From Proteromonas lacertae (lineage: Eukaryota), in contig NGBS01000910.1 of NCBI GenBank assembly GCA_002245135.1, forward strand, positions 1 to 50,314: DNA of 50,314 bases, given 5' to 3'. Positions 49,601 to 50,314 of the stretch are shown here, piece by piece. The translations under genes were made by a program, and so were the position numbers. How positions within the stretch are numbered: the stretch's first letter is position 1; each line of letters starts with the position of its first letter. Below the pieces are notes generated by a model. That model made no database searches. It had not been told where the DNA came from and saw nothing but the letters and a program-made list of their open reading frames with translations.

Positions 49601-50314
49601 GGTTATGTCCACTCAAAATCAACATGACTAATACATATGTTGTATCAATATCATTAGATAGATATTTGATGGAATATATCCCATCTGAATGTATGGCTAA
49701 TGCTTATATATTAACATCATTTATTAAAGAAATGGGTTTAGAAGAATCCGATAGTAATACATATCTATCAACAGCTACTGATTTTGTATCAACTATGAAA
49801 GATCGATATGGTAAAGATGTGATTATTACAGCCGCAATGGAGAAGGTTATACATCTGTTAAATTATGGGCTGATGTTGTTGTTGCTTATACAATGACATT
49901 TGATACAGAGAAAGTAAGAACAGCACTCTATGGTTATACAATGATGGCTCCATCAGGAACAGTAGAAATGAATGGTGCTGGTATTATTAACAGAATTGTA
50001 TATTTGTGTATCATTGGTGAAGATAAATCGTTAAGAGTGACTGAATATGCATCAAATCCAGAACAAGCCGAAGCTTGGATTCATAATTTCCCTGAAAATG
50101 AAGGATATAAATGTGATTGGACAATTAGTGAGAGTAGATATAGACCTGATACATTGAAAATGATATTCTTCCATGAAACAACTCAAAGCACAATTGAAAG
50201 AAGTAAATGCAATGATTATTGAATATTCATTAGTTCAGATATTAATTACAATGGAATAAATGGTTATAATATTGTACCAGTGTTTATATTTGCTGCTACA
50301 AGTGATGAATTTGG
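40604..50314 (+). CDS. Giant secreted/surface protein with at least 9 tandem AmiC/UrtA-like type I periplasmic-binding (Venus flytrap) domains; 3' end beyond the window
   Basis: Signal peptide MLFLLFLFCTAASA, then ~370-aa repeats. Repeat 8: TTIGVITSFSGEY...AVDELNANGGILGKKIQ...AVFGAG...LFFYPG. Repeat 6: LVIGCSNNYCRKTV...LWYPATSEGQECKENVYYTGLVPN. Joined by introns in the 5' half and single-base frameshifts in the 3' half. Confidence 0.8.
42217..42264 (+). other. Probable U12-type intron with AT donor and non-canonical acceptor
   Basis: Starts ATATCCTTTT exactly at a codon boundary (after KNVLS) and contains branch-like TTCTTTAAT. The frame resumes at GGA 42265; there is no AC at the expected 3' end. 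Confidence 0.65.

Noticed and set aside
533..50314. Alternative genetic code or stop-codon readthrough to explain broken ORFs
   Set aside because: The breaks are frame changes or introns, not in-frame stops at conserved residues. TAA, TAG and TGA all end genes normally, and an 8.2-kb exon is stop-free.
40604..50314. Bacterial contamination or a urea ABC transporter operon
   Set aside because: It has spliceosomal introns, host-like AT content, one signal peptide, no permease/ATPase genes, and is contiguous with SmB.

Overview
Very AT-rich, gene-dense eukaryotic (protist) nuclear DNA. It carries about 21 intron-containing protein genes, mostly tiny (~25-45 nt) GT-AG introns and very short intergenic spacers. 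BBS7, a Sig1/OCM-type tubular-hair protein and the ~30-nt introns suggest a flagellated stramenopile, perhaps Opalinata (Proteromonas/Blastocystis relatives); this is inference. Recognisable genes: RPT6 (partial), PRP18, a five-domain adenylate/UMP-CMP kinase, TDRD3-like, RNASEH2C, a 4-CNB cGMP-dependent kinase, a WD40-UBR7-like fusion, RFC5, a BTB protein, G-alpha, BBS7, RPL13A, cyclin K/T-like and SmB. There are two giant genes: a ~3000-aa EF-hand/alpha-beta-hydrolase/SAP/IQ protein, and a secreted protein with at least 9 tandem bacterial-type AmiC/UrtA solute-binding (Venus flytrap) domains that runs off the window. Other notable signals: two minor-spliceosome (U12) introns with ATATCCTT donors, a Thr gatekeeper in the PKG, a 29-bp head-to-head spacer and a recurring GU-rich 3' motif. 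Scattered single-base frameshifts, also in essential genes, look like long-read consensus errors. No rRNA, tRNA, CRISPR array or mobile element was recognised. All gene models were spliced by eye.
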